Shown here: piece by piece, positions 55,792-64,000 of the stretch
Position numbering within the stretch: the stretch's first letter is position 1
How the letters are laid out: the number at the start of each line of letters is the position of its first letter
Virus record (IMG/VR): IMGVR_UViG_643692018_000001
Span: 30,684 to 94,683 of that record
DNA: 64,000 bases
Source: a virus
Direction: 5' to 3' (one strand)
Notes under the pieces: generated by a model
The model's input: the letters and a program-made list of their open reading frames with translations, nothing else
Told to the model about the DNA's origin: nothing
Databases searched by the model: none
Position numbers and translations under genes: made by a program

Positions 55792-56118
55792 TCAGATCGC
55801 CTCCTCGAGCTCTGGAAGCCGACCGGTGGCGGCGATAAATTGGAGCTCTTTCACTAAAGCCCCTCGCTTGCCCCCGGGGTTCGCAGGGCCGCCACACATC
55901 CAGCCGGTGGTCCATAGCCCTGCGCGAACAAGACCAAAAGAATCATGCCGTAGAACATCCTCGGCGCACTCCGCAATAACAGGGCAGCCCTCGCAGAGTC
56001 TGCGCGCCATTGATCGTTTAGCCTCAAGGGGCCTTTTATCGCCCTGAAGGTCGAAGATGTCCGGGTGTAGGGATCTACATTTAGCGTCTTCAGCCCAGTG
56101 GTAGGCGTCGCCCCGCAT
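55792..56118 (-). CDS. WhiB family protein
   Basis: WAEDAKC..ARRLCEGCPVIAEC..GLVRAGLW. Confidence 0.82.
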   Translation of the reverse strand: MRGDAYHWAEDAKCRSLHPDIFDLQGDKRPLEAKRSMARRLCEGCPVIAECAEDVLRHDSFGLVRAGLWTTGWMCGGPANPGGKRGALVKELQFIAATGRLPELEEAI

Positions 56119-56300
56119 TAGTAGCTCACCTCGTTAAATAGGAGTCTCATTTCCGGTTTCGTCCACGCCTCAATACCGGCCTCGGAGAGGATGCGAACAC
56201 GGAAGTTCGCGGCCCATTTGGACCTGTAGGTGCCAACCTCCCGAACGCCCCCGCCTACTTCACAGAACACCGTGGTCCTACCCGTTCTCTGCCGGAACAC
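56118..56300 (-). CDS. small phage protein
   Basis: TAATG coupling. Confidence 0.45.
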   Translation of the reverse strand: MFRQRTGRTTVFCEVGGGVREVGTYRSKWAANFRVRILSEAGIEAWTKPEMRLLFNEVSY

Positions 56301-56484
56301 GGTAAATCACCTCCTGTACGTGCCGCTCAACGACTCTGAACACGGCACGGGGGAATAGTGTTTCCATCCGGCGCATTTCCTTTACTGCCCCGTTGGGGGT
56401 GGCGTGCTCGCTGGTGCCGAACCATGACCACGTGTCATCTTCTCGGCCCCAGCGCTGCACCCTGTAGGTGATTTTGTGGGTCAC
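56278..56484 (-). CDS. small phage protein
   Basis: 68 aa ORF in gene run. Confidence 0.5.
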   Translation of the reverse strand: MTHKITYRVQRWGREDDTWSWFGTSEHATPNGAVKEMRRMETLFPRAVFRVVERHVQEVIYRVPAENG

Positions 56485-56623
56485 TTCCCCGCGCCACCTT
56501 TCATCCCGGATTGGTGCTCAGCAATGAGCATCCGTGCGTGACGTGAGTTGGGGATGTTGTGTGGCCAGTGACGGCCCTTGCGCTTGAACATTGTGGATTC
56601 CTTTCTGCGACGCTTGCAGGCGC

Positions 56624-56884
56624 TTATACGGTTTCGGGCTGGTGCTCAGCTAGGCGGGTGAGGAGCGCCGCGCAGTCTCCTATCTCCTGTGGGTTGTCTA
56701 GATCGAAGTAGTAGGTGTTGTATTCCTCATCGGAACCCCAACCCTCGTTGATTTCGGTGTCCAGCTTGAGGAATGTATCTAGTCCGGTGTAGATGTATGG
56801 GCCGGTGCTCGATGGGGTGATGCTGAATCCTAGCGATTCTGCGAGTGCGGTTAGGCCCTTTATAGCGAGGTATGGGTCCGTCAT
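56624..56884 (-). CDS. small phage protein
   Basis: AGAAAGGA SD with hairpin leader. Confidence 0.65.
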   Translation of the reverse strand: MTDPYLAIKGLTALAESLGFSITPSSTGPYIYTGLDTFLKLDTEINEGWGSDEEYNTYYFDLDNPQEIGDCAALLTRLAEHQPETV

Positions 56885-56943
56885 TGCGATTCCTTTCTTG
56901 TGGTGATTGTGTCGCGCTTGCAGGCGCGGTTAGGGGGCGGCGA

Positions 56944-57138
56944 TTATAGGGCGTTGTTTGCGACGATGTTCCAGAAGTCGGCGTCCGGGTTGATGTAGTA
57001 CACCGGGTCGAGGCCGGTGCCGTCGCAGATGATCAGTTCGTCGGCGATGGCGTCGATGTTGTGTTCTGCGGCGTACTCACCGAGCGGCTCAATGATTTCG
57101 CGGGTGATAGCGTCGTCGCGGCGGGCGTAGGTGGTCAT
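56944..57138 (-). CDS. small phage protein (homolog of 12997-13191)
   Basis: Shared sequence and leader layout. Confidence 0.7.
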   Translation of the reverse strand: MTTYARRDDAITREIIEPLGEYAAEHNIDAIADELIICDGTGLDPVYYINPDADFWNIVANNAL

Positions 57139-57157
57139 TTTCTTTTCCTTTCTGCTT

Positions 57158-57220
57158 GCCCTTGCAGGGGCTGTTCTTGCTTACGTGTTTAAGTATATAT
57201 GACAGTTTACGGAATGTAAA
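57158..57220 (-). promoter_or_regulatory. promoter TTTACA-17-TATACT plus CUGCAA hairpin
   Basis: GCCC-CTGCAA-GGGC at 57158-57171. Confidence 0.75.
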
Positions 57221-57230
57221 ATTGAGACTT

Positions 57231-57707
57231 CTAGCCTGCCCTAACGTAAGGCTCAGGGGCGCTCTCGCACACCCACAAATCCATCCACATACGGCCGCGC
57301 AACCCCTTCGCGGCGGACCAAATGACCGGCTCTGGCTTACCCATAAACTTCGGCAAGTCATCCGGCACCAGCCCCAAGCCGGGAATCTGCTTAGACCCCC
57401 TCGACAGCGCGTCATAAATCGGCTTCCCAGACGCCGCCACATTATCCGTATCCCGGCCCCTATTATCGCGGGGCCGATAGTGCAGCTGGACAATCAGATA
57501 GTGCATGCCCTCCGGCATCCGCACGTTACGGGCCAAGAGATGAACGGCCTGCTGAATCTCTCGCTTCTTCGCGGCGCGGCCCCACACGGCACCTCTCGAT
57601 GCCGGGGCGGAATCATTCAGACTCAGGGGCGGCTTCTCCCACGGGAGCTCGATAGTCGCGAGGTGCTTTGGATCGTCCGGGTAGGACATGAGGAACGGTG
57701 TTGTCAT
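57231..57707 (-). CDS. RusA-like resolvase
   Basis: RGRDTDNV..KPIYDAL..LVPDD. Confidence 0.75.
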   Translation of the reverse strand: MTTPFLMSYPDDPKHLATIELPWEKPPLSLNDSAPASRGAVWGRAAKKREIQQAVHLLARNVRMPEGMHYLIVQLHYRPRDNRGRDTDNVAASGKPIYDALSRGSKQIPGLGLVPDDLPKFMGKPEPVIWSAAKGLRGRMWMDLWVCESAPEPYVRAG

Positions 57708-58270
57708 GCTGGAATCTCAAATAAGGTTGGCTGGATAGTTACGGCCCCTCGCTTGCGGGGCGGTGCGGAGTGGCGCTTGCGGTCTATCGGCTTCCTCAGC
57801 CCCCGCTGCTCTGTGGGGTTCTCTTTCTTCCACTGGGCGTAGGCGGAGCGGCAGGCGGTACAGAAGCCCCGGGCATAGTGCATTTGGTAGCCTTCCGGCT
57901 GCTCCTCATGCCGGTTCCACTTGATCATCGGGCGGTTGCAGTTTCGGCACCTGTCGGGGCGTCGGGCGCCGATATTGTCGCGGCGCGTCGTCTCGATAAG
58001 GTAGGCGGGGACTTCAACCTGGGCGATGGCGGCGAGCTTGTAGGCGGTGTCTAGGTCGCCGTGGCAGACGACGCCTGCCTGTATGACGTCGGCGGCGGGT
58101 GCCCTCAAGTCCTCGCTTAGGCTTGTGCCTGAGGTGAGGGCATCGGAGGCGCAGTGCTTGAGGAGTGGGCAGGCGTGGCACATTTTGAGCGCTGCCTCGA
58201 TGCTGTTGTGCGGTGCTCTGGCGGGGTTGATGAATGCTCGGTTCTTGGTGTTGGTGCAGGCTGGCTTCAC
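57704..58270 (-). CDS. WhiB-like/Cys-rich protein
   Basis: CHACPLLKHC..VIQAGV; CRNC; GFCTAC. Confidence 0.6.
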   Translation of the reverse strand: MKPACTNTKNRAFINPARAPHNSIEAALKMCHACPLLKHCASDALTSGTSLSEDLRAPAADVIQAGVVCHGDLDTAYKLAAIAQVEVPAYLIETTRRDNIGARRPDRCRNCNRPMIKWNRHEEQPEGYQMHYARGFCTACRSAYAQWKKENPTEQRGLRKPIDRKRHSAPPRKRGAVTIQPTLFEIPA

Positions 58271-58381
58271 GACGTTCCCTAGTGGTGCTGGTGGGATTCT
58301 TGTGTCGTGGGCTATTGTTCACCGTTCGATCTTGTGTGCCAATACCCCGCATCTCGCGGGACGCAATAAGACACCATAAGA

Positions 58382-58579
58382 CTAGATGGGGGCGGCGGAA
58401 AGATGCCCCCGATGAGCCCACAAACCTCGCGCCAGTACCTCCGCCTGCTCGGCACTCAAATCAACCTGAACACCCGCGACTTCCAGCGATACAGCGGCGT
58501 ACTCGTCACCTGGCGTCGTGTCAGTAAACGACTCCACACGGACAGTGCCACTAGCGGACTCAATAACGGTAGGCGGCAT
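58382..58579 (-). CDS. small phage protein
   Basis: GAGGAG SD. Confidence 0.5.
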   Translation of the reverse strand: MPPTVIESASGTVRVESFTDTTPGDEYAAVSLEVAGVQVDLSAEQAEVLARGLWAHRGHLSAAPI

Positions 58580-58671
58580 GGCGTCTCCTCACTCTCGGCG
58601 GCTAACGAAGGCCATATTAGAACATAGGGGCGACACCCGCCCCCACTGTGGACGTATTCGCAGGCCACCTA

Positions 58672-59136
58672 TCAGAACGGTGGCTCCGAGCTCCCACCGC
58701 TGAAGCCGCCCTGTGGGGCGCTATTCCACGGGTCCTGCTGCGGCGCCTGCTGCCCACCGCCCTGCTGAGCCTTCGACATGCTGCCCACCATCCACATCAA
58801 CGACGGGCCAAGCGCCCCCTTGCCCGGGTTCACGGTCACCTCCAGCGCGGTACGCTCGACACCCTCCCTGGTCGTGTAATTACGGGCTGTGAACTTGCCC
58901 TTCACGATAACCTCCATGCCCTTAGCGAGAGTTTCGGCGGCATGTTCCCCTAGCTGCTTCCATGCGCTCACGCGGTAGAACGTGGTGTCTCCGTCCTCCC
59001 ATTGGTTCGTCTCACGGTTGAGGCGGCGCTCATTTACCGCGACACTGAACTGGGCCACCGGGGTGCCCTGCGGGGTGTATCGGAGCTCTACGTCGGTGCT
59101 GATATTTCCGACGATCGTGACGTCTTGAATGGTCAT
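58672..59136 (-). CDS. ssb: single-stranded DNA-binding protein
   Basis: TIVGN..ELRYTPQG..VAQFSVAV, KGMEVIVKG, EPPF end. Confidence 0.95.
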   Translation of the reverse strand: MTIQDVTIVGNISTDVELRYTPQGTPVAQFSVAVNERRLNRETNQWEDGDTTFYRVSAWKQLGEHAAETLAKGMEVIVKGKFTARNYTTREGVERTALEVTVNPGKGALGPSLMWMVGSMSKAQQGGGQQAPQQDPWNSAPQGGFSGGSSEPPF

Positions 59137-59208
59137 GGGTGTATCCTTTCTGATTTTTTGGGGCGGTCAGCCCCGCGACGGTTGCAGCCGCCGCTTTAGG
59201 GGAAGTTT

Positions 59209-59643
59209 CTAGAATCCTGCTTTTTCGTAGCCCGTGAGGGATGCTCCCGCCGAGGCGCAAGCCGTCGGCGCTGATACTCCGGCGCAGGAGATGTACCAGT
59301 GATCGCCGTAGATTAGGGCCGTATTATCAACCTGCTCGGCGGCGCCAACCATTGCCTGCACAAGCTTGCCGGTCGGGTCGGTGTTCACGATGTACGAGAC
59401 GCCAGACGTCTCACAGGTCAACCCCTGCTCGATGCTGTCGGTATTCGCGCATGTCACATTCTGGCCCTGTAGGTAGTTCAGTACCTGGATAGCCGATTCG
59501 AATGTCTCCGGGGCCGTCTTGCCCGGGGCTGCCTCGGTGGCCGTTACCTGCTCACTGGTGGGCGTTGGGGTGTCCTCAGCCCCACCGCCGCATCCCGATA
59601 GGAGTAGCGGGGCGGCGCAGGCCACGGTCAAAATTTTACGCAT
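59209..59643 (-). CDS. lipoprotein
   Basis: MRKILTVACAAPLLLSG-C lipobox; P/T-rich linker. Confidence 0.75.
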   Translation of the reverse strand: MRKILTVACAAPLLLSGCGGGAEDTPTPTSEQVTATEAAPGKTAPETFESAIQVLNYLQGQNVTCANTDSIEQGLTCETSGVSYIVNTDPTGKLVQAMVGAAEQVDNTALIYGDHWYISCAGVSAPTACASAGASLTGYEKAGF

Positions 59644-59660
59644 TGATTTGTCCTTTTCTC

Positions 59661-59888
59661 TCATCGTTCACCTTTAGCAATAAGGGACAGCATGGGCTTA
59701 GAAACACCGAGTTGCTCAGCCATTTTTCCCATTGGCACACCGGCGGCACTTGCCCGACGAACAGCGTTAGATCTCTTGGTCTTAGCAGCGCGCATGGCGT
59801 CCTTCAAGTCCTCCACCTCCCGGTGTGCCTTTTTCGCATCCTTTAGGTACCGCCCCTGAAGTGCGGCGAGTTCGTCATCGGTCATCAT
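59661..59888 (-). CDS. small HTH protein
   Basis: GVPMGKMAEQLGVSKPMLSLIAKG. Confidence 0.7.
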   Translation of the reverse strand: MMTDDELAALQGRYLKDAKKAHREVEDLKDAMRAAKTKRSNAVRRASAAGVPMGKMAEQLGVSKPMLSLIAKGER

Positions 59889-59922
59889 GTCTCTATCGTA
59901 TCTAGGGGTAGCTACGCCGCGC

Positions 59923-60225
59923 TCATGCTTCCTCCACTAGGTTGGCCACGTCTAGCAGGAAGCCCGCTAGTGGTTTCCATTCGTGTGGTGCGAGGTTAAA
60001 GGTGTCGCCGCCTGATTTGAGGTGAATATACTCTCGCTTGTTGGTGGCGGTGAGGTCACAGAATGCGCCGCTTGGGTCTTCAATGGTGATGTCCGGGGCT
60101 AGCCGGGAATAACGGTCGGCGTAGTCCATGGCCTCGCGCCAGGTGGGGAAGGATTCATAGCGCTCCCGCCCGTATTCGTACACGTGCCATTCGTAATACG
60201 CTTTGAAGATTCTCCACCGGCTCAT
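59923..60225 (-). CDS. phage hypothetical protein
   Basis: ATGA coupling. Confidence 0.55.
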   Translation of the reverse strand: MSRWRIFKAYYEWHVYEYGRERYESFPTWREAMDYADRYSRLAPDITIEDPSGAFCDLTATNKREYIHLKSGGDTFNLAPHEWKPLAGFLLDVANLVEEA

Positions 60226-63200
60226 GCTTGCTCCCATTCCCCTACCCAGCGGCGGGCTTTGCCCTCACCCTCACCAAACTTATCTAGCTTCACCTCAATA
60301 CCGTTAGGCGGAGCATCGTAGTAGCTCATGCCACCCTCTGACAGTCCCTCGATGCTTACCGCGTCCTTGAGAATCCAGGGGTCTGGATCATCGTAGGAAA
60401 CAAACACATGACCGTCCTCCCACTCGCCGGGAACCGGCTGTCCGTCTGGTGCCCAGGCTCTAGGGAGGTCTAGGCGTGGGGTGAGGTTCTCGGGGATGGT
60501 GAGGGTGCCTAGCTGGCCTTCGTGGATTAGCTCACAGAATCCTTTATGGTTTGGGCTGTCGCCTACGTAGATTGCGAGGTTGGTGCGCTCGTCGGGGTCC
60601 GGGAAGTCACACCACATTCCTCGGCACTGTGCTCTTTCTTCGGGTGTGAGGTCTGCGAGAGTAGTCATGCTTGTCCCTTGATGCGGTCGTAGATGGGTGT
60701 AGCTTCGGGGAGTTGGTGGCTGTCGCCGTCGAGTTGAACACTGTCCGCGTAGACAGCGAGGTGCACGCGGTGGAGGTTAGGGCTGAGGGTTTCGACTCTT
60801 GGGGCTTCGTCACTGTGTATAAGTGGGATACCGTCGAGGGTGACGCCGCGTGGGCTGACACGGATCTTGTGGGGCCTCATGCTTTCTCCCATGGGCCTGT
60901 GAGTCTGCGTGCGCGGGTTGCGTGGCCTCCTAGGTCTGGGCCTTTTTCTGTGGGTTCGTCCACGGTGTAGAAGCGGGGTGGCCGGTAGTCCACTTCTTGG
61001 TAGTCCATCGCGGCGATGGTCTCCAATGCCTGCTGCGCGATGTAAGGCGGGATGATTGGTGGGCGTGTACCGTCCCCTAGCCAGTAGCGTGCGTCTTCCG
61101 GTGTCATTCCTCCCCCTCCTTGTGCTTGGATGCTGCGAGTATCGTCCGTCCAATGGTGTCTGCCTCTGCTTCGTTGAGGACTAGGCGGAAGGACTTTTCT
61201 TGGCAGTCGTGGCCGAAGATGACGATGTGCTCCCTCATGCGGCGAATGTCGCCTATCGGCCCGGGTAGGTACCAGACTGCGCCGCCTGAGCCCATGCCCC
61301 TAGACGGCTTAGGCAAATCCTCTGCCAGTAGCCCCGCCTCAGCGAGTTCATTAGCTATGCGGTAATGCGCGGGGACTTCTTCATCCTGCTTATTGTTTTC
61401 CCGCATCGCTATCAGGGCTGCGTGCCCCTTGTTGTTAATCCTGAATCCTTTAATGGTCATGCTTCCTCCTTTGCGTATTGGGCTGCTGCGAGTAGATCTG
61501 CAAGATAGATCTTCGTTTTCGTGCCGTTAATGATGTCTTGGTACTTCAAGTCGGCCAGTTGCTTGAAAATAACCTTGTACTGTTTACGTCCTTGAATGGC
61601 CCCATGCGCACGCTGGCAGGCTAAGCAACGACGCTTGCCGTGCCTGTTTAATTGGCCAGGGTCTAGATTTCGTCCGCTAAGTGGGTGGCCCACAGGGCAA
61701 CTTGTTTTCCTGGCTTCAACATGGGTGCCGTGCTTGATTTCATCTGCAATATTTCCGGCGTATGTGTCCCACCGAAGATTTGATAAATGATTGTGAGACG
61801 GGTTGCCATCATTGTGGCAGCAAACCTCTCCTACTTTTTCATTCCTAACAAAAGCACGTAGAACTAACTGATGAACAAAAAAGCTCTTTTTATTTCCGTC
61901 TTTGGAAAGTGAAACCTTTTCGTAGCCGTCGCGGTTAGTGTAAGGAACTAGTGTTCTTCCAGGAATTGGGCGCGGGCCACGAACGGTATCAACAATTGCC
62001 GGTATTCGTTTGACTTTCCCGGTATCTGAAACTTCATACAGGCCCTCGTATCCGGGGATCGGTCGCCATTCTTCGGGTTGGGTATAGGTATGCTGGAGCA
62101 TAGCCCTTTTCACGCTCCTATCGTGATTTTGGGTTAGGCCCTCGCGTGGTGTTGGTAGCACCTGCGGGGGCTGGCTTATTGTTGCCATTATACCAGTTCA
62201 CTGCCGGTTTTTCTTCTGGCATGAGTAGCCCCGCGTTGGCGAGTGCTTCTACCGCATCTGTGGGGTGGATGCGTAGGTCTCCGGGCCGTCGGGCGGCTTC
62301 GAGTATATGGAGGGCTTGGTCAAAATTGGTCATGCTTATTCCTGATTCTCTGCGTAGTTTTCTGCGGCGTGGAGTGCTTGGCGTATGGTGCGGGCTTGCG
62401 CGAGGGTGAGCGACTCGCCAGGGTCGTAGTAGCACCGTATTTTGACGTCGCTGCTGCCGGATTGTGCCTCCACCGTGAATCTGTGCGTGGCATCCCATAC
62501 GGGGTATTCATGCTCGACCCCTTTGACGACGAATGACGGTTCGAGTAGGTCTTCAGCTAGTAGCCCGAATTTGTCTAGCAGGGTGGCGATTTGGTCTGGG
62601 GCGTAGCCGCGTTTGATGCCGAATTTGATTGCTTTGGCGGCTCTGCTGTGCTTACTCATCTTGTGCGTCCTTGTGGTTGCAGGCGGCGAGGATTGCGTAG
62701 GCAGTCTCACGCCCCTTGGTGGTGGTGGAGAAGCGGAGTTCAGCCCAATCGGGCATCAATGCGTCCGGCTCATTGTCATCATTCGTCTCATCATGGATGA
62801 CATGAATAATGCCGCCCTCCACGGAGACGTAGCCGTCGTCCATGTGCCATTCATGCTCCCCCGTATCCGGGTAGATGCACGGCTCCGGCGGGCCTGGGGT
62901 GAGTAGCCCGTAGTCGGCCAGATGCCTTGCGATACGTGCGGGGCTGTCCCCGTTTTTCATGCCGTGAGTAATGATGTGCGCGGCTTGGGCCATTTTGTCG
63001 GCTCCAGCGGCGATGTGCGCTAGGGAGCGGTGAAGCTTGTCTTTATCCATCGTGGTCTCCTAGGATGCGGCTAATTTCGTCTTCCGCGTAGTTGTCCTCA
63101 AGCTGTATGCCGTCGAGCGGGTCTGTTGATAGTTCCACTTTTCCGTAGTGCTCGCTTCTCTTTTTGAGCTGGTCTCGGAGTTCCCGCAATTCCTCACGCA

Positions 63201-63837
63201 TCCGTAGGACTTCCTGCGCGAGTTGTGGGGCGAGGGCGGCGAGCTTGAAGTTCGCATATTCCTCTTCCGCTGGCGGCTCGCGCCCCACGTCATACATGCT
63301 GTTATGGCCCATGTGGAGTGCTAGCCAGTGCTCGTCCCACCCCTCGGGAACGCCTGCCGCGCCAACTTCGGCGCGCCACGGGCCGGGCGTAGCCTCAGCG
63401 AGTAGGCGCTTCAGATTAGCGGTGCTCAGGTCAGTCATCCTGCACCTCTGTGAGGGTGTAGCGCTTGCCAGTCGGGGTGAGGTCTTCGCGGGCTGCAATG
63501 TATACCTCGCCTTTGACTGCGCAGCGGATAGACCCAAATCTATCGTGGTAAATCATGACCATTTTGCCCCAGCTCACGTGCTCCGCCTCTGCGAGGTAGT
63601 GCTTATCGTCGTCCCATTCCTCCTCGGCCATTGTGGGTTGTGGCTTCGGTGGCAGGGCGCGGAGTACCAATTCCTGCAATTCTTCCGCCTGCTCGCTGCT
63701 ATGAATACAAGTATCGGTTAGCGTTTCTAGCGCTTCGTGCGCGGTGATGATTTCTTGGCGGGTTGGTTGGGTCATGGTGTGTGTATCCTTTGCTTGTTCT
63801 GCTAGGCGGCGGGTTTCCGCCTCGACTTCCTCCCATG
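60222..63837. repeat. long direct repeat, copy 2 (same genes as 6590-10205)
   Basis: ORFs 60222-60668, 60665-60880, 60877-61107, 61104-61460, 62118-62333, 62336-62659, 62652-63050, 63043-63438 match copy 1. Confidence 0.95.
61457..62101 (-). CDS. NUMOD4-HNH homing endonuclease (same protein as 7825-8469)
   Basis: Identical translation. Confidence 0.9.
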   Translation of the reverse strand: MLQHTYTQPEEWRPIPGYEGLYEVSDTGKVKRIPAIVDTVRGPRPIPGRTLVPYTNRDGYEKVSLSKDGNKKSFFVHQLVLRAFVRNEKVGEVCCHNDGNPSHNHLSNLRWDTYAGNIADEIKHGTHVEARKTSCPVGHPLSGRNLDPGQLNRHGKRRCLACQRAHGAIQGRKQYKVIFKQLADLKYQDIINGTKTKIYLADLLAAAQYAKEEA

Positions 63838-64000
63838 TCCAGGTATGGCCGGTGAAGTGGGAGGGGTACGCGTTTGGGGCGTCGGGGTGCTGTCCATCCC
63901 CAAGGTGGTTGGTGTCGAAGCCGATTACGCGGCCTTCGTGGTAGGTGATTCCTCCGTGAACTTCGATGTCGGGGTGCACCTCAAGCGTGTCAGGGAAATC
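63431..64000 (-). CDS. phage protein, intact counterpart of 9799-10524 (5' end beyond window)
   Basis: VHGGITY..GFDT shared; reads through to EVQDD. Confidence 0.65.
   Translation of the reverse strand, partial: DFPDTLEVHPDIEVHGGITYHEGRVIGFDTNHLGDGQHPDAPNAYPSHFTGHTWTWEEVEAETRRLAEQAKDTHTMTQPTRQEIITAHEALETLTDTCIHSSEQAEELQELVLRALPPKPQPTMAEEEWDDDKHYLAEAEHVSWGKMVMIYHDRFGSIRCAVKGEVYIAAREDLTPTGKRYTLTEVQDD

Larger units (their letters stand above)
21079..64000 (-). mobile_element. Prophage 2 (siphovirus; continues right of window)
   Basis: Complete lysis-tail-head-terminase order followed by early genes. Confidence 0.92.

Noticed and set aside
1..64000. Reverse transcriptase/DGR, cas genes, transposases
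   Set aside because: No such motifs seen in any ORF

Overview
High-GC actinobacterial DNA (Corynebacterium-like by gene content; inferred, not searched) containing two related but distinct siphovirus prophages in tandem and in the same orientation, almost all genes on the minus strand. Prophage 1 (1-~21030) is its early/replication half: nrdF, dUTPase, RusA-like, DNA methyltransferase, WhiB-like, SSB, thyX, a Rep gene with iterons, RecT/YqaJ, Xis-like, repressor and tyrosine integrase. It ends at a 3'-half tRNA-Gly(TCC) att core (21030-21078). Prophage 2 (~21080-64000) gives lysis, tail, head and terminase genes, a ParB/formyltransferase/ABC-GNAT cluster and early genes, including a ~3.6 kb block nearly identical to prophage 1. 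The most striking signal is two inteins, in TerL and in the minor capsid protein. Neither has a recognisable endonuclease in its own frame; each contains a complete nested endonuclease gene instead: an HNH in the -1 frame (TerL) and an HTH-HTH-DUF559-like nuclease on the antisense strand (minor capsid, an Ala1 intein). Also notable are a type I-E-like CRISPR mini-array beside a candidate acr-aca pair and 11 leader hairpins with covarying stems and a prophage-specific loop (CUGCCA in prophage 1, CUGCAA in prophage 2). All calls come from motif reading; no database searches were run, so novelty is unverified.
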